From Lama glama (taxonomy: Eukaryota), in the NCBI GenBank assembly GCA_028534125.1, contig CM052829.1, forward strand, positions 1,426,001-1,490,000: 64,000 nucleotides of DNA. The letters run 5' to 3'. Of the stretch, positions 25,401 to 36,800 are shown piece by piece. Positions within the stretch are counted from its first letter, which is position 1; every line of letters starts with the position of its first letter. Made by a program: the position numbers and the translations under genes. The notes under the pieces were generated by a model. The model made no database searches. It was not told where the DNA came from and saw only the letters and a program-made list of their open reading frames with translations.

Positions 25401-28400
25401 GGCGGCTGCCGCGCCTGCAGGACGTTCAGGGACAGACCTGGGTGTGCGGGTCAGGCCTTGAAGCGGGGGGTGGGGGTGGACACGACCTTGCGGCGAGCCT
25501 GCTGGGGGGCGGCATGGGGCGTGCCTGGGATGGCCCGGTGCTCACCCGTGTGGTTTCCGACTGGCCTCCCGGTGAGGTCAGAGTCCCACGTCCAGGCTGC
25601 CCTTTCTTCTGTCACCCGGATACAGCCCATCTTGAGGGTGGCCAGCGCCCTCTGTCCTTGGCAGATGAGAGGCAGCAGGGACCTCTGGCTGACCCCAAGA
25701 AACCACCAGGGCGAGGTTGGGGGTTCCGTTTCTGCCCTTCCTCAGCGCCTGTGGAGACACAGAAAACTGTGCCAAGTGTGAGTCACTCCGGTGGTCAGGG
25801 CACGTGGAGGACAGTCAGAGGCCAAGAGGGACCTCGCGTGGTCTCCAACCCCTTCCCCACGGCCCCCTCCCCACCCAGAGGAAGCGGCAGCCTAGAGGGG
25901 GCAGCCCCTCTCCAGGAGAGGAACATCAGACAAAACACCTTCTCCTTTGGCATCAGTTAGGCCCAAAGGTCTCTCAGGCAAAGCAGATACCAGGAGACAC
26001 CCGGGAAAACAGGTGTCAGCTGGCAGGGAAAGGGGTTTGTGAGAAGGGCCATCATGGCTGGTGGGGGGCCCACTCACCTTGTCCGGGACGTGTGGCCCCA
26101 GGGCTGTGGGGGGGTGGGAGCCCCCACACATCTCCCTCCCCATTTGTCAGGGCTAAGAGGGACACCCACCCAGGTTTCCTCTGGACCCCAAAGAGCGTGC
26201 AGATGGCTCAGGAAAGTGTCGGCTGGACAGACGTGACCACCAGCTACCCTAGCCGGGCAGAGGGAAGAGGAGGCCAGAGCTCATGCTGGCGGGTCTAATT
26301 CACAAGAACCTGCGGGCTTGTTTGGAGCTGGGCCGCCCGCCAGGTCTTGCTGGGACCCGGGAACCTGCGCTTTGACGGTACCCGCCTGTTTGCCCTGGGA
26401 CCTGGTGCAGTGGAGCAGCAGCCTGCGGTGGAGACCGCCCCTGTGGGCGGTTGCGCAGGACATGACAGCTGACCTGGGAGCGGTTCTGTCGGTGGCCTCG
26501 CCCTCACAGTCGTGGACCAGGAGTCCAGGGCTCCGGTCCTGCCAGCCACCTTTGTTCCATGAAGTGTTTTGCACCCTGTGGTCGTGTCACCCTCCCACTC
26601 TCCCTCTTGGGAGACAGAATCCGTGTCCAGGGCGTCCTTTCTCCAAGGACGGCTGCAAGTGGTTGGAGACTCAGAGGAGAGGAGCGGGGTGGCTGAGGCC
26701 GGGGCGGGGGTGGGAGTTGCCCTTTCACTGCTGACCGGGCACCCCAGGGGCAGGCTTCACCGGAGGCTCTGATGGCGGGGACTCGGAGCTGGGCCTCTGC
26801 GCTACACTGCACCGGGCAGGGTGAACTGACCACGAGGCCATGACGCGCAGGCGCTGGGCCCCACTGGTGGTGTTCACATGGTTACAGCCTTTCAAAAAAT
26901 GTGCATAACTAGGGCTTTTTAACCATAAGCAGTTAAGATCGCCATCTCTCCACTCAGCATTCACTCCACACCCTCCCCGCGGTCGCGGGCGGAATCTGCG
27001 GGCATGTCGGGCCCTGCCAGCGGGGAGGTCAGGTTTGGTGGGAGACAGCCAGGAGGTTCAGTCACTGCCGGCTGGACGGGGGCAGCAGGGGCCTCCAGGA
27101 GGACCCCTGCAGCCAGAGGTCACGTCTCTGGGGACCCGGACCCCCAGTGCAGGCAGGACGTGGGGACAGGAAGGGAAACAAAGCTGGCACAGGGCCAGGG
27201 TTGGGGGCAGAGGGGCCTGCAGCTCAGGAGCCCCCGCACCCCCTCCCCGGGCCGCGCTGCGAGGGGAAGCCGGCGCCTTAAACCTCAGGATGAGGAGGTG
27301 CTGGGGGAAAGTGGGCGTGTCTTCCCCAGTCAAGGGCCTGTCGAGGACGCAGCGGGAAAACACAGGGGGTGCGATCGGAAGAACTGACCGAAGTGCCTCT
27401 CGGAGTTCCGTGGCGGTCTGCGCTATTCGCCAGCTTTTTAAAGCTGTGACTTGATGGTTTTTAAGTTTTCCTCTAAGTGTTTTTCTGCATACCTACTTTA
27501 GAATGTATAACATTATTTTTCCTGCAGGAGGGCCCCCATCACCAACTATGTACATAAGGTTCAGGTCTCAGGCCCAGCCCGCCCCCGGGACTCTGCTCCA
27601 GGACCTCTGATCACAGGCGGGGACGTGTCCCAGGCCCCCTTTGTTCTCTGCTTCCTCCACAGGACATGGGGTTCCTGTGAACACAAAACAGCTTTCCTAT
27701 GAGAGCAAATGTAGGAGCATTAATCATTCATAGACTTCAGCCATGGGAAAAGGCCACGGCCTCCCGGGAATCTCCTGGTGTGGTGGGGGAGTCAGGGTGG
27801 GGGGGGGTTGTAGCAGGAGGACTGGGCTGTCCAGGGTGGCAGCTCGGCCGGGCACTGGGGGAGCAGGTCTGGGAGGCAGGTTCCCTAGGTAGCCACAAGG
27901 CCCCGAGGCAGCGATCTGCCCAGCCTGGACAAAGGCCAGGTCCTCCCCTCAGCCGTCCCGGGACAGCAGAACGTGGGCGCTGGTCTGAGAGGTTCTGGTC
28001 CACACTCCTGCCCCGTGTGACCCTGCTGTCGCTGTGTGGATGTGGGAGCAGACGCGGGGGTGCCTGGCGGGCAGGCTCCAGCACATCTAATCCTTGTCCT
28101 GGTTTTGAAGTCTTCAAGGGCGGGCTGTGCCACATTTATGGTAGTATCCCCCATCTCCCCCGAGGAACGGCCCCGTGCTCAGTGGGCCTCCAAGGGGTGG
28201 CTGAGCAAGTGAGTGGAGGGCGGACTCCCTGGTGCAGGCGCTCAGGGACCTCAGCGGGTGGTGCCAGCTCCCTCTAGGCCCCGTGCTCTTCCTCCCCAGG
28301 AGCTGCACACATCCGCCCCCCCCCCACCAAGCAGATGTGTGGAGCAGATGTACACTGTGCACAGACCCAGGGGCCTAGGATGAGCAGGGAGGGCCCAGGA

Positions 28401-30671
28401 ATCCAGGGCTCCCCACAGGGACACCCACGGGGAGGCTGAGACCCAGTGGCTCCCTCCTCCACAAACGAAGTGTTTTCTGTCTCTGCCAACAATGCCAAAT
28501 TGGAGACCACAGACCACCAGCCTTGGGGCTGACCCTTGGCCATTCTGAGGGCTGGAGGCTCCAACAGCCACAACAATGTGCTGACACAGCCCTGGCCGGT
28601 CCCCTGGGACACCTGACCCCGCCACGTGCTGGCCTCGGCGTGTGGACAGCTCCCTCCTCCTCAGTGCCCCTGTGACTGGGCTGTCAGGGTTCGGCCAGCT
28701 GTTCCCGCCCTGAGGCTCACAGTGACCATCTTGAGTGCTGAGGGGGCGTCCAGGGCAGCAGGCAGTGCCTCCTGGGCAAGTCCTCACCTGCAAGAGGACA
28801 CTGGGCTAGGGGGGGCAGAGAATGTGAAGGGGGCCTTCTGAATACAAAACACACACACGTTCACTTGGTCCTTATTTTGCTGCATCTGTCTGCTCATCAA
28901 CCCATCATCTAACTCCCTGCACCAAAACCGTGAGTGCAGACAGGTTCCTGCAGTCCCAGCCCAGCCCTGCCATTTAGGAGAGCCCCTTCTCCCACCGGGG
29001 GGACCCCGTCCCCACTGTCTCCCTGCATCTTTGTTTGCTCACTGCCCCGAGGTGCCCAGGCTCCTGGCCTCGCTGGGCAAATGCACAGCCTGGAGAAGCA
29101 GCAGGAGTGGCAGGAAGGCCAGTCAGGGGCCCTGGACGTGGACTCATCCCTCCCCAGCGCCGGCCTGTGGGTTCTGGGGGGCATCTGTGGTGAGGCTGGG
29201 AACTGGAGCAGGCCGGTGGCCTCCCATGCTGAGTAGCTGTCCCCTCTCCAGCTGTGGACACCCGGAAGGCAATCGAGGGAGGTAGGGGCCCGATGGGGTG
29301 CAGAGCACCCAGCCTGAGGCACTGTGGCCACCGAAGTCCCTTGGGCTTGGACCACCTGTCCCCTGAGGTGCTGGCTGTGCGTGGGGTGCTCTGTGGACTT
29401 GCTCTCTTAGCCACGCACAAAATCTCTGCCAGAATCCAGCTTTTCACCGTATTTTTGGATATTAAAGCTTTCACATCCCAGTGTCGAAGAGTCCATTCTG
29501 ACCTAAACCAAAATGTTAACCTTCTGCCTGGTTCTGAGGTTTCTGCTTGCCCCAAGCATGGCAGCCCTTGGAGGGGTGGGGGCTGCATTCCCCACTTGCG
29601 AACCCCCGCCTTGCCCGCAGGTCCTCCTCCTTGCCCGGCCTCACTGATCAGGTTACTGGAGGCTGGGGTCATGCCCTCAGCGACACGGATGACCAGATGC
29701 TGGTCCTCTCTCGTGGGGACCCTGCATTTACAGGTCTCTTGGGGATCCCCACTCGGCCCCCATGCTGTGGGACTGCAGACTGTTCCTGCCAGGACGGAGG
29801 TGGCCGCGCTGGCCCCAGGGACACCCGAGCAGCCGACACCTCCACCCCTGCCTGCTGGCTCTGCACGGTGCTCCCTCCCGGGGACTGTCCCCTCTGTCTG
29901 GACACACTCTGTCCCTCGGAGCAACGGGATGACACGGAGAGAACAGCGTGGACAGCCCACCCATTGTGGATGGCCCTCTGTGGCCGAGGGGCCTGGGGGC
30001 CCTTCTCAGACACTTCAAGAGCCAAAGGAAGCATGGTCACTGCGCTCACACCGTGAACTGGCCCTTCATGGACACACTCGGCAGCAGCTGGGGTGGGTGG
30101 AGGAGCCCACGTCTCAGAAGGGACATGGGGCTGGGTGCCCCTGCACCGGCTGGGGTGTCATGGCCAGAAATAGCCATGTGGTATGTCCCCCCACCCGTGG
30201 CTGCCAGATGTCAGTGGAAGCAAACCTGCCCTCTCTCCTTCTCCCAAGTTCCCGGAGCCCCCAGTGCTGAGGGCCCAGGTCCCACTACATGTCTGCGTCG
30301 TGCCCATGGGCAAGCATGTGTCCACGTGGGGGTCCTCATGGGGGGCCCACACGAGGAGGACTCAGGACGCCTGGCCACCTGCCCTTTGTGGGGGGTGTGT
30401 GCCTAGCACCCCAACACAGACTCTTTTTACGGATGAGGGAACGGACTTCAGGGGCCAAGTAATCTGTCGGGGACACACGGAACCACCACGAGACCCCAAG
30501 TCTGCTCAGATCCTGCTCACGGACGACTGGCTCTGGTGCTGGTCCCCGGGGAGCCCCACCCCCAAATTCTCCTGCCCGGGGGGCTCCCCTGACGCACCTG
30601 CTTCTCCCAAGCGCCTGCTGCCTCGGTGGTCCATGCAGGCTTGTGCTGGGCTTTACAAGGTCCAAAGTGCA

Positions 30672-30677
30672 TTTATT
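30672..30677 (-). terminator. KIF25 polyadenylation signal AATAAA
   Basis: tttatt on the + strand, about 75 nt after the KIF25 stop. Confidence 0.8.
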
Positions 30678-30752
30678 TCCAGGGCGCACACATTGCCAGG
30701 CGCCGCTGGGAAGCACGTTAAGGGAGGAAAGCCCACGGTGCACCCACCACCT

Positions 30753-30892
30753 TCACCTGGGTTTTCTGGGGGCTGGACGGCCCCGCTCCACTTGCCGCAC
30801 TCGGGCCCCAAATCCCAGGCTCTGCAGTGTTTCTGCCACGTGCTTCTGGCACGGGGACACGCACACGATCACCTGCAGCTTGGCGTCGCCTC
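30753..30892 (-). CDS. KIF25: KIF25 terminal coding exon (GDAKLQVIVCVSP...ETLQSLGFGARVRQVERGRPAPRKPR*)
   Basis: Acceptor ttctttccttaag; TGA at complement 30755-30753. Confidence 0.95.
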
Positions 30893-33800
30893 CTTAAGGA
30901 AAGAACAACATGCATTTGGAAGGAATTCCAGTGAAAAACTGGCATCTCTAAAATCCCCAGAGCCCAGGTGGCGGCCACACGCGCCATCTCTGTGACACAC
31001 CTGCCAGGAGACGCCGCCCCAGCCGCGCTCCTCCCCGGCTGCACACCAGCCCCGGGCCAGGGCGTCCCCTGGAGGCGGCAGCCAGAACAGGCGAGCCTGG
31101 GCGCGGAGTCAGACCCGGGCCTGGGACGCCCGCCATCCGCCACCCCGGACAGGCCGCAGTGCCGAGCAGCGCACACTGTGCCCTCTCCCTCCCAGCAATG
31201 CCCTCCTCCTCCCTCGTGTTTTCCTCCATGGAATGAGCGCCACTGGCTTCCCATGACTTAACTGTCATCGAGCTTGGCAGGAGACCCTGGGGTTGCCCCC
31301 GGCCCCTCCCCTCCAGAGCTCCCTGTCCTGTGGGTTCAAGAGCCCCCACCTTCCTCTCTGGGCGTGTGCCTTGAGCTGGGCCAGGGCTGCCTCGGGGGAG
31401 GTCGGGCAGAGAGCTCAGCGCGGGAACCTGCCTGCTGGGGCGGGCATCTCGGTGCAGGACAGAGCGCCCCGTCCGCTTCCACTCCATCGCTCTGGAACTT
31501 GAGTGGGCGAGGGCCAGCGTAGTCAGGCCACCCCAAGCCCCAAACCCACAGCCTGGTGATTCCGTACCTCCAAGGGTCACCTGCACTTACTCGAACTTAC
31601 TTGGGTTCCTGGCACCAGCAACCAAGAGTCCCCACCTACAAGTGCAGAGCCCAGCTCGCAGGCATCGTGGGGCTCAGAGGGTCCCACGCCTTGGGGACCC
31701 CTTGTGTGCCGCAAGGAGGCAGACCTGGGGAAGCCTGGAGCCCAGCTGGGGGAGCAGGTCGTGCATGCGCTGCGCTGCGCTAACCAACCAGTGCACGTGG
31801 CACCGAGGATAGCGAGGAGGTCGGCTGCTAACGAGCGCGCTAGAAATACTGAGGGAGGGGACGCAGTGACCCAGAGAGCCAGCAGTTCCCCGGGAGGTGT
31901 GGCCTGGGGCAGGGGGACAGTTTCCCCTCTTTGGGGGCGGTGGCGGGGGCGGCAGGTACCGAGTGCGTCCTGGAGGAAGTGGGTGAGCGTGCTGTTCCGG
32001 TACGGGATGTGGCCTCTGCCCTCCGACAGCGCCCCCAGCACGTCCGCGAGGGCCGCCAGGCTCCGGTTTATAAGCGACGTCTCCCGCAGGGCCGATCCGG
32101 TCACTCCAGACACACCTGGGGAAGCGCAGAGACCCAGTCATACATGGGATTTGCACAAATGTGGGTGACATCCAGGTTAATCAGCAAAGCAAAACAGAGA
32201 CCTCCCAGGAAGCGTGGAGGAGACCCCCAATCATATTTATGTCCCCGACCACCTCCGTGGCAGGGGAGGCACTGGCTGGACCTGGGGCCCCTGCGCTGCC
32301 AGCTGCCCCCAGACGACGTGTGTTGGATTGACATGCACTCTGTGGTGGTAAGACAGCAATCCACAAGGACAGACATGGGGGGGAGAGCATCCGCCTGGGG
32401 CTCCCCGTCCGCTCACGGCCTGGACCCTGCATCCCCAGGTCACCCGAGGGGAAGGCTTCACATCTCACCGACGCACTCGCTGCCCGCCAGGTCCACCAGC
32501 TGCAGCTTGGAGAGCACCTGTCCGCCAGGGCCCTGGGACCCCTGCCCGAGTCCTCGGGTCCTTGGGGACACGGACGAGACTGTGCGGGCTGCTCCTGGTC
32601 TCCTCCCTGGGGCCGGCCGCCGGGGCGTGGGGCCACGGAGCTCCGCGGGGGGGGACTGGTCTGACTGCCGGTCTGCTGTGGAGGTAGGGGGGGGTGGCAA
32701 GAGACACAAGAAGAGAGACGGTCCCCCAAGCTCCCCGATGCCTCCCACCTGTGCTGAATGCTCCCAGCTCCGTCCCGGAGGCCCGTACGGCGTGGGGTGC
32801 GAGACCCCAGTTGGAGTCCCCAGCTCAAGTACGGGATGGCGGGGGAGGGGGCCCTCGGACCGTGAGGGGCTCCTCTGGGTAAAACACAGGAGAGCAGTGG
32901 GGAGAGACCGTTGTTCGTGGTTAAAAGGTGAACCAATACCTAGTTAGTCCCAGGAAAACGATACGGTTCCCTAGATTTGGTAACGACATTGATTAACAAT
33001 CCCCGTCTGAAGAATCTGTTCTCTCCTACACAAATCAGCTCAACAGTTTCTGTTTTTAATCCTCCACAAAAGCCCGACACAGTGTTTTTCACGTTGACAT
33101 CTGTATCAATTTCATCATGTGTTATTTCTAAACAGAGGTTTTTAAATGATTAAAAAAAACCCAGAATAGTGAATATCCCCTGTAGAAAGCAAAGAAAATG
33201 CACGTAAGTCAGTTTTAAAAAGAACATGAAACGCCTCTGGCGCGCACTGCCCACGAGTGCGCAGACTTTTCCTTTGTGGATCTGCGTGCCGGGCAGGAAG
33301 AGCCAGGCCCCGGCGCACGGCCGCGCACTGCCCGGCCCTCCCTGCGCGCCGCTGGGTCCCGGGCTGCTGAGGGTGAGTCCCGCAGGCGGGCGGTTAGGGG
33401 GCCGGGCGACCCTGCTCCTCCCCTCCACTTGCCTGGGCCACCTTGGAGGCCGTGACAAGGCGGACTGAGTGTTAGCCCCACTGGCCTGAGGGGGCCTTTC
33501 TAGGGTTAAAGCCCCCGGGGCCCAGGGCTGCCCTGCGGTCTGCGTCACTGAGAGCAAGGCTGAGGCCCCAGACCTCACCCTGGAGGTACTGGGAGGTGCA
33601 CGGGGCCCGATCACAGTGGGTGGCGTCTGAGCTCCCACTGCCCCAGGTGGCCTGACGTGCACTGCCCTGGACTTTCTGACCCATAAAGCCCCAGGAACCC
33701 CAACTCTCCCGTAACAGGAATCATCTCATACACTGGTCTGTAACCTTCTAACCTCAGCCACAAAGAGAGTGTCACTCCTGGTGATCGCGTCAGGTTCCAA

Positions 33801-36800
33801 AGTGAAAACATGCATCTGATGTAGCAAAGCGCCTTCCTCCATCCCACCCACCACCCTTTCTTCTCAGCCCAGATCCCCATGGCTCTTGGGTTTGGGTTCC
33901 AGACCGTCCAACCACGTGACTGCCATTCCTCCCTCGGTCCCGCATGGTGCCTCAGAGCCTGCACGTCCACGATCCTTTTCTTCTCGTGTAGATTTCTATT
34001 TGGGCAACTGACCGGGCACTGGGGCCACTCACCGGTGCTGCAGGAGGAGGCGGCTGCAGTCAAAGTCACCGTGATCACCAGGTGAGACCTGGACGAATCA
34101 GCATGCACTGCGGTGGCCTGCTTGGTCCGGAGCCGCAGAGCTGCAGCCACGAGCGTCATCAGCTCCACGGCTCTCTGGACAGACCTGGCAGAGGGGACAC
34201 AGAAGTCCCAGTGACGGCAGAGGGCACCCGCCTCACAGAAACCCCTTGTACAAACTGAGTGTACCCTGCTCAGGAAAGCAGCTCTTAGACAAAATTCAAC
34301 ACGCTGAATCAAACGTTGCAGTTTCATGAGGCCTGACTGACTAGCTGCGTCCCTAACCGCTTTACCCGGACATAATCAGCTGCTCTGGGACCAAGTGGAG
34401 ACCCCAGAGTTTTCAACTTGGGGATTCTCTTATTTACAGTCCCCTCAGGACCCCAAGACTTTTAAATATTTTGTCTATCAAGTCAAATTTCATCAAATGC
34501 AGGAAATCAACATTTAATTTGCTTTCCTGCGTTAATCGATGAGCCATGACAGCCAGTCAGAGCTCCGGGCCTGCAGGAGGCAGGATTTCGGTCCCGCCGT
34601 CCATCAGTCAGAAGCTGACAGCTTTGGTTAACGTGTATAAACTCTCACGGCGAAACGCATGAGTTCCCTGAGGTTTTCTCAAATGTTACAATCAGTCTGT
34701 GGGACTCCGAGACCCCGGGACAGGCCGTGCAGCTCCTCCCTGTGCTGTCGTCAGGCGGTCCCTGCTTGCGGCAAAGCTGACCCACAAGGGCGGATTTAAG
34801 GACACAGAACTCCAAGGAGTGTATCGAATCAGCACAGGAGCTGTGGTTTCTCACAGGGTGATTCAGGGGCGTATTCTGTGAAACCTGGACATCACAGGTG
34901 GGAAGCAAGGACGCCTGTGCTCAGCCGCGTCCCCCGGGGCACACAGTGTGACTTCGCCACAGCTGTCTCATCAGCCGGGCTGCGGGGATAACACCTGTCC
35001 CATCGACCCTTAAAGGAGAGATTCTGACGGAGTAACTAGTCTGTGGTGCTTGTGATTTTACAGAGGTCATCTCCAGGGGGGTGAGAACAGCTCAGCAGCA
35101 GAGCACGTGCGCAGCATGCATGAGGTTCTAGGTTCGATCCCCAGCGCCTCCATTAGAAAAAACACACAGCAGAAAGCGAACTGAAAGCTGCAACGCGCAC
35201 ACTCCGCAGTGCGACACCAGGAGCCGCCTCTCGAGGAGCGCCGGCTCAGGCGGCCGGCTCCCTGGGGCCCCCGGAGGTGCCGCTGCCCGGGAGCGTGGCA
35301 CCTGGACTACTCACTCTCGGGTCAGCCCAGAGACCTCCTTCCTTCCCTCCGTGGTTGTCAGCACCTGGCACTTCGCCCTGGACACCACAGCACAGCTGTC
35401 TTTGGCCAGAAGGTCACAAATGTCATTATTATAAACTTCCACTACGGAAACGTCCACCTCCGGGTGCCTGGAGGGGTTTTCTGCAAGAAGCCTGGAGGAG
35501 GGGTGGGGAGGGACACACAAGAGACTCAGCCACCAGGGGAGCTCAGATGACCCCGCAGAGAAAGTGGTTAATCAACTGGCTTTGAACGCGAGGGGACTGC
35601 AGTGCTAGAAAACGCTCAGCAGAACTCGTGGCCCAGCGGCACCGGGCAGCATCTCACTGACCAAGGCCTTGCAGGAGGAAGGGGCACCCTCGTTGCTTGT
35701 TTTAATTCTTACTTTTTAACTGAAGTGTAGTCGACTTACAACGTTAGTTTCAGGTGTACAGCAAAGCGATTCATTTACACATACACATTCATATATACGT
35801 ATACTTTTTCATATTCTTTTCCATTACAGCTCATTACAAGAAACTGAATATAGTTCCCTGTGCTACCGGTAGGTCCTTGTTGTCTACCTGTTTTGTACAC
35901 AGTAATACGTATCTGTTCATCCCAAACTCCTCATCTATCCTCTTTAAACTGCAGAGTAAATCACTGTCCTGGGAACAAAGTTATTTTATCTGAGTTACGT
36001 CTAAGTCAACGATTTCGGCCATCGGTACCCTTCTCATTCCAAACGTACTGGGTAAAGAGGCTTGGAGGCCGCACAGCCGTGACTCAGAAGTCACCATGCC
36101 GAGCGCGATGCCCGCACGGAAGCCCAGAGCGGACCGCAAAGACCCTGAGAGCCGTCCCAGTAACCGCGCTTGTTTGTTTTAAAACTTGTTCCGTTTTAGG
36201 GAGGACTGAGTCAATTCCATCCGAATAACGCCTTCCGACTAAAGCCTGACCATGACCTCTTTAAAACCCACCCGGGCTCTCAGGAAAACAACTACATGTC
36301 TTATTTTGCTTCAAGTTTTAAAATACAACATGCGGACTGTAGACCAGCTTGAAAACAAAGATACTACACACTCAGCGCAAAACCCCAAAATCCCGCCCCA
36401 GGGAAGAGGCGCCCACCGACGCCAGGCTCCCCCACTGCCCCGCCTCGGTACCTGAAGACTTCTCCAGCGGCTCTGGGGATGATTCCTAGGTGACCGTGGG
36501 GTCCTGACGGCAGGGCCGGGTCCTGCTCGGGACGCGGGCCCAGCATGGTGAAGCTCTTCCCGCTCCCCGTCTGCCCGTAGGCCATGATGCACACGTCGTA
36601 CCTGAAATCCAAGCCAGACTTCAGTGCAGAGAAGAACACGCAGGTCTGGCGCCGCGCCTGGTGCTGAGAGACCGTTCCCTGGGGTGAGAAGCCTTAACGC
36701 ACTCCACTTCGAGGCCCTGGAAACCAGCCGTCGGCGACTACCGCTGCTTCTGCACAGTCCGCCCGCGCTGTTCGGTCACACACTGGATTAAGCCACATCC

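Noticed and set aside
28974-30995. Overlapping 270-338 aa ORFs in the intergenic gap
   Set aside because: Open on both strands, with no recognisable motif or splice structure.
35076-35162. tRNA gene (also 55747-55847)
   Set aside because: No cloverleaf; A-rich tails and, for the second copy, a TSD indicate SINEs.
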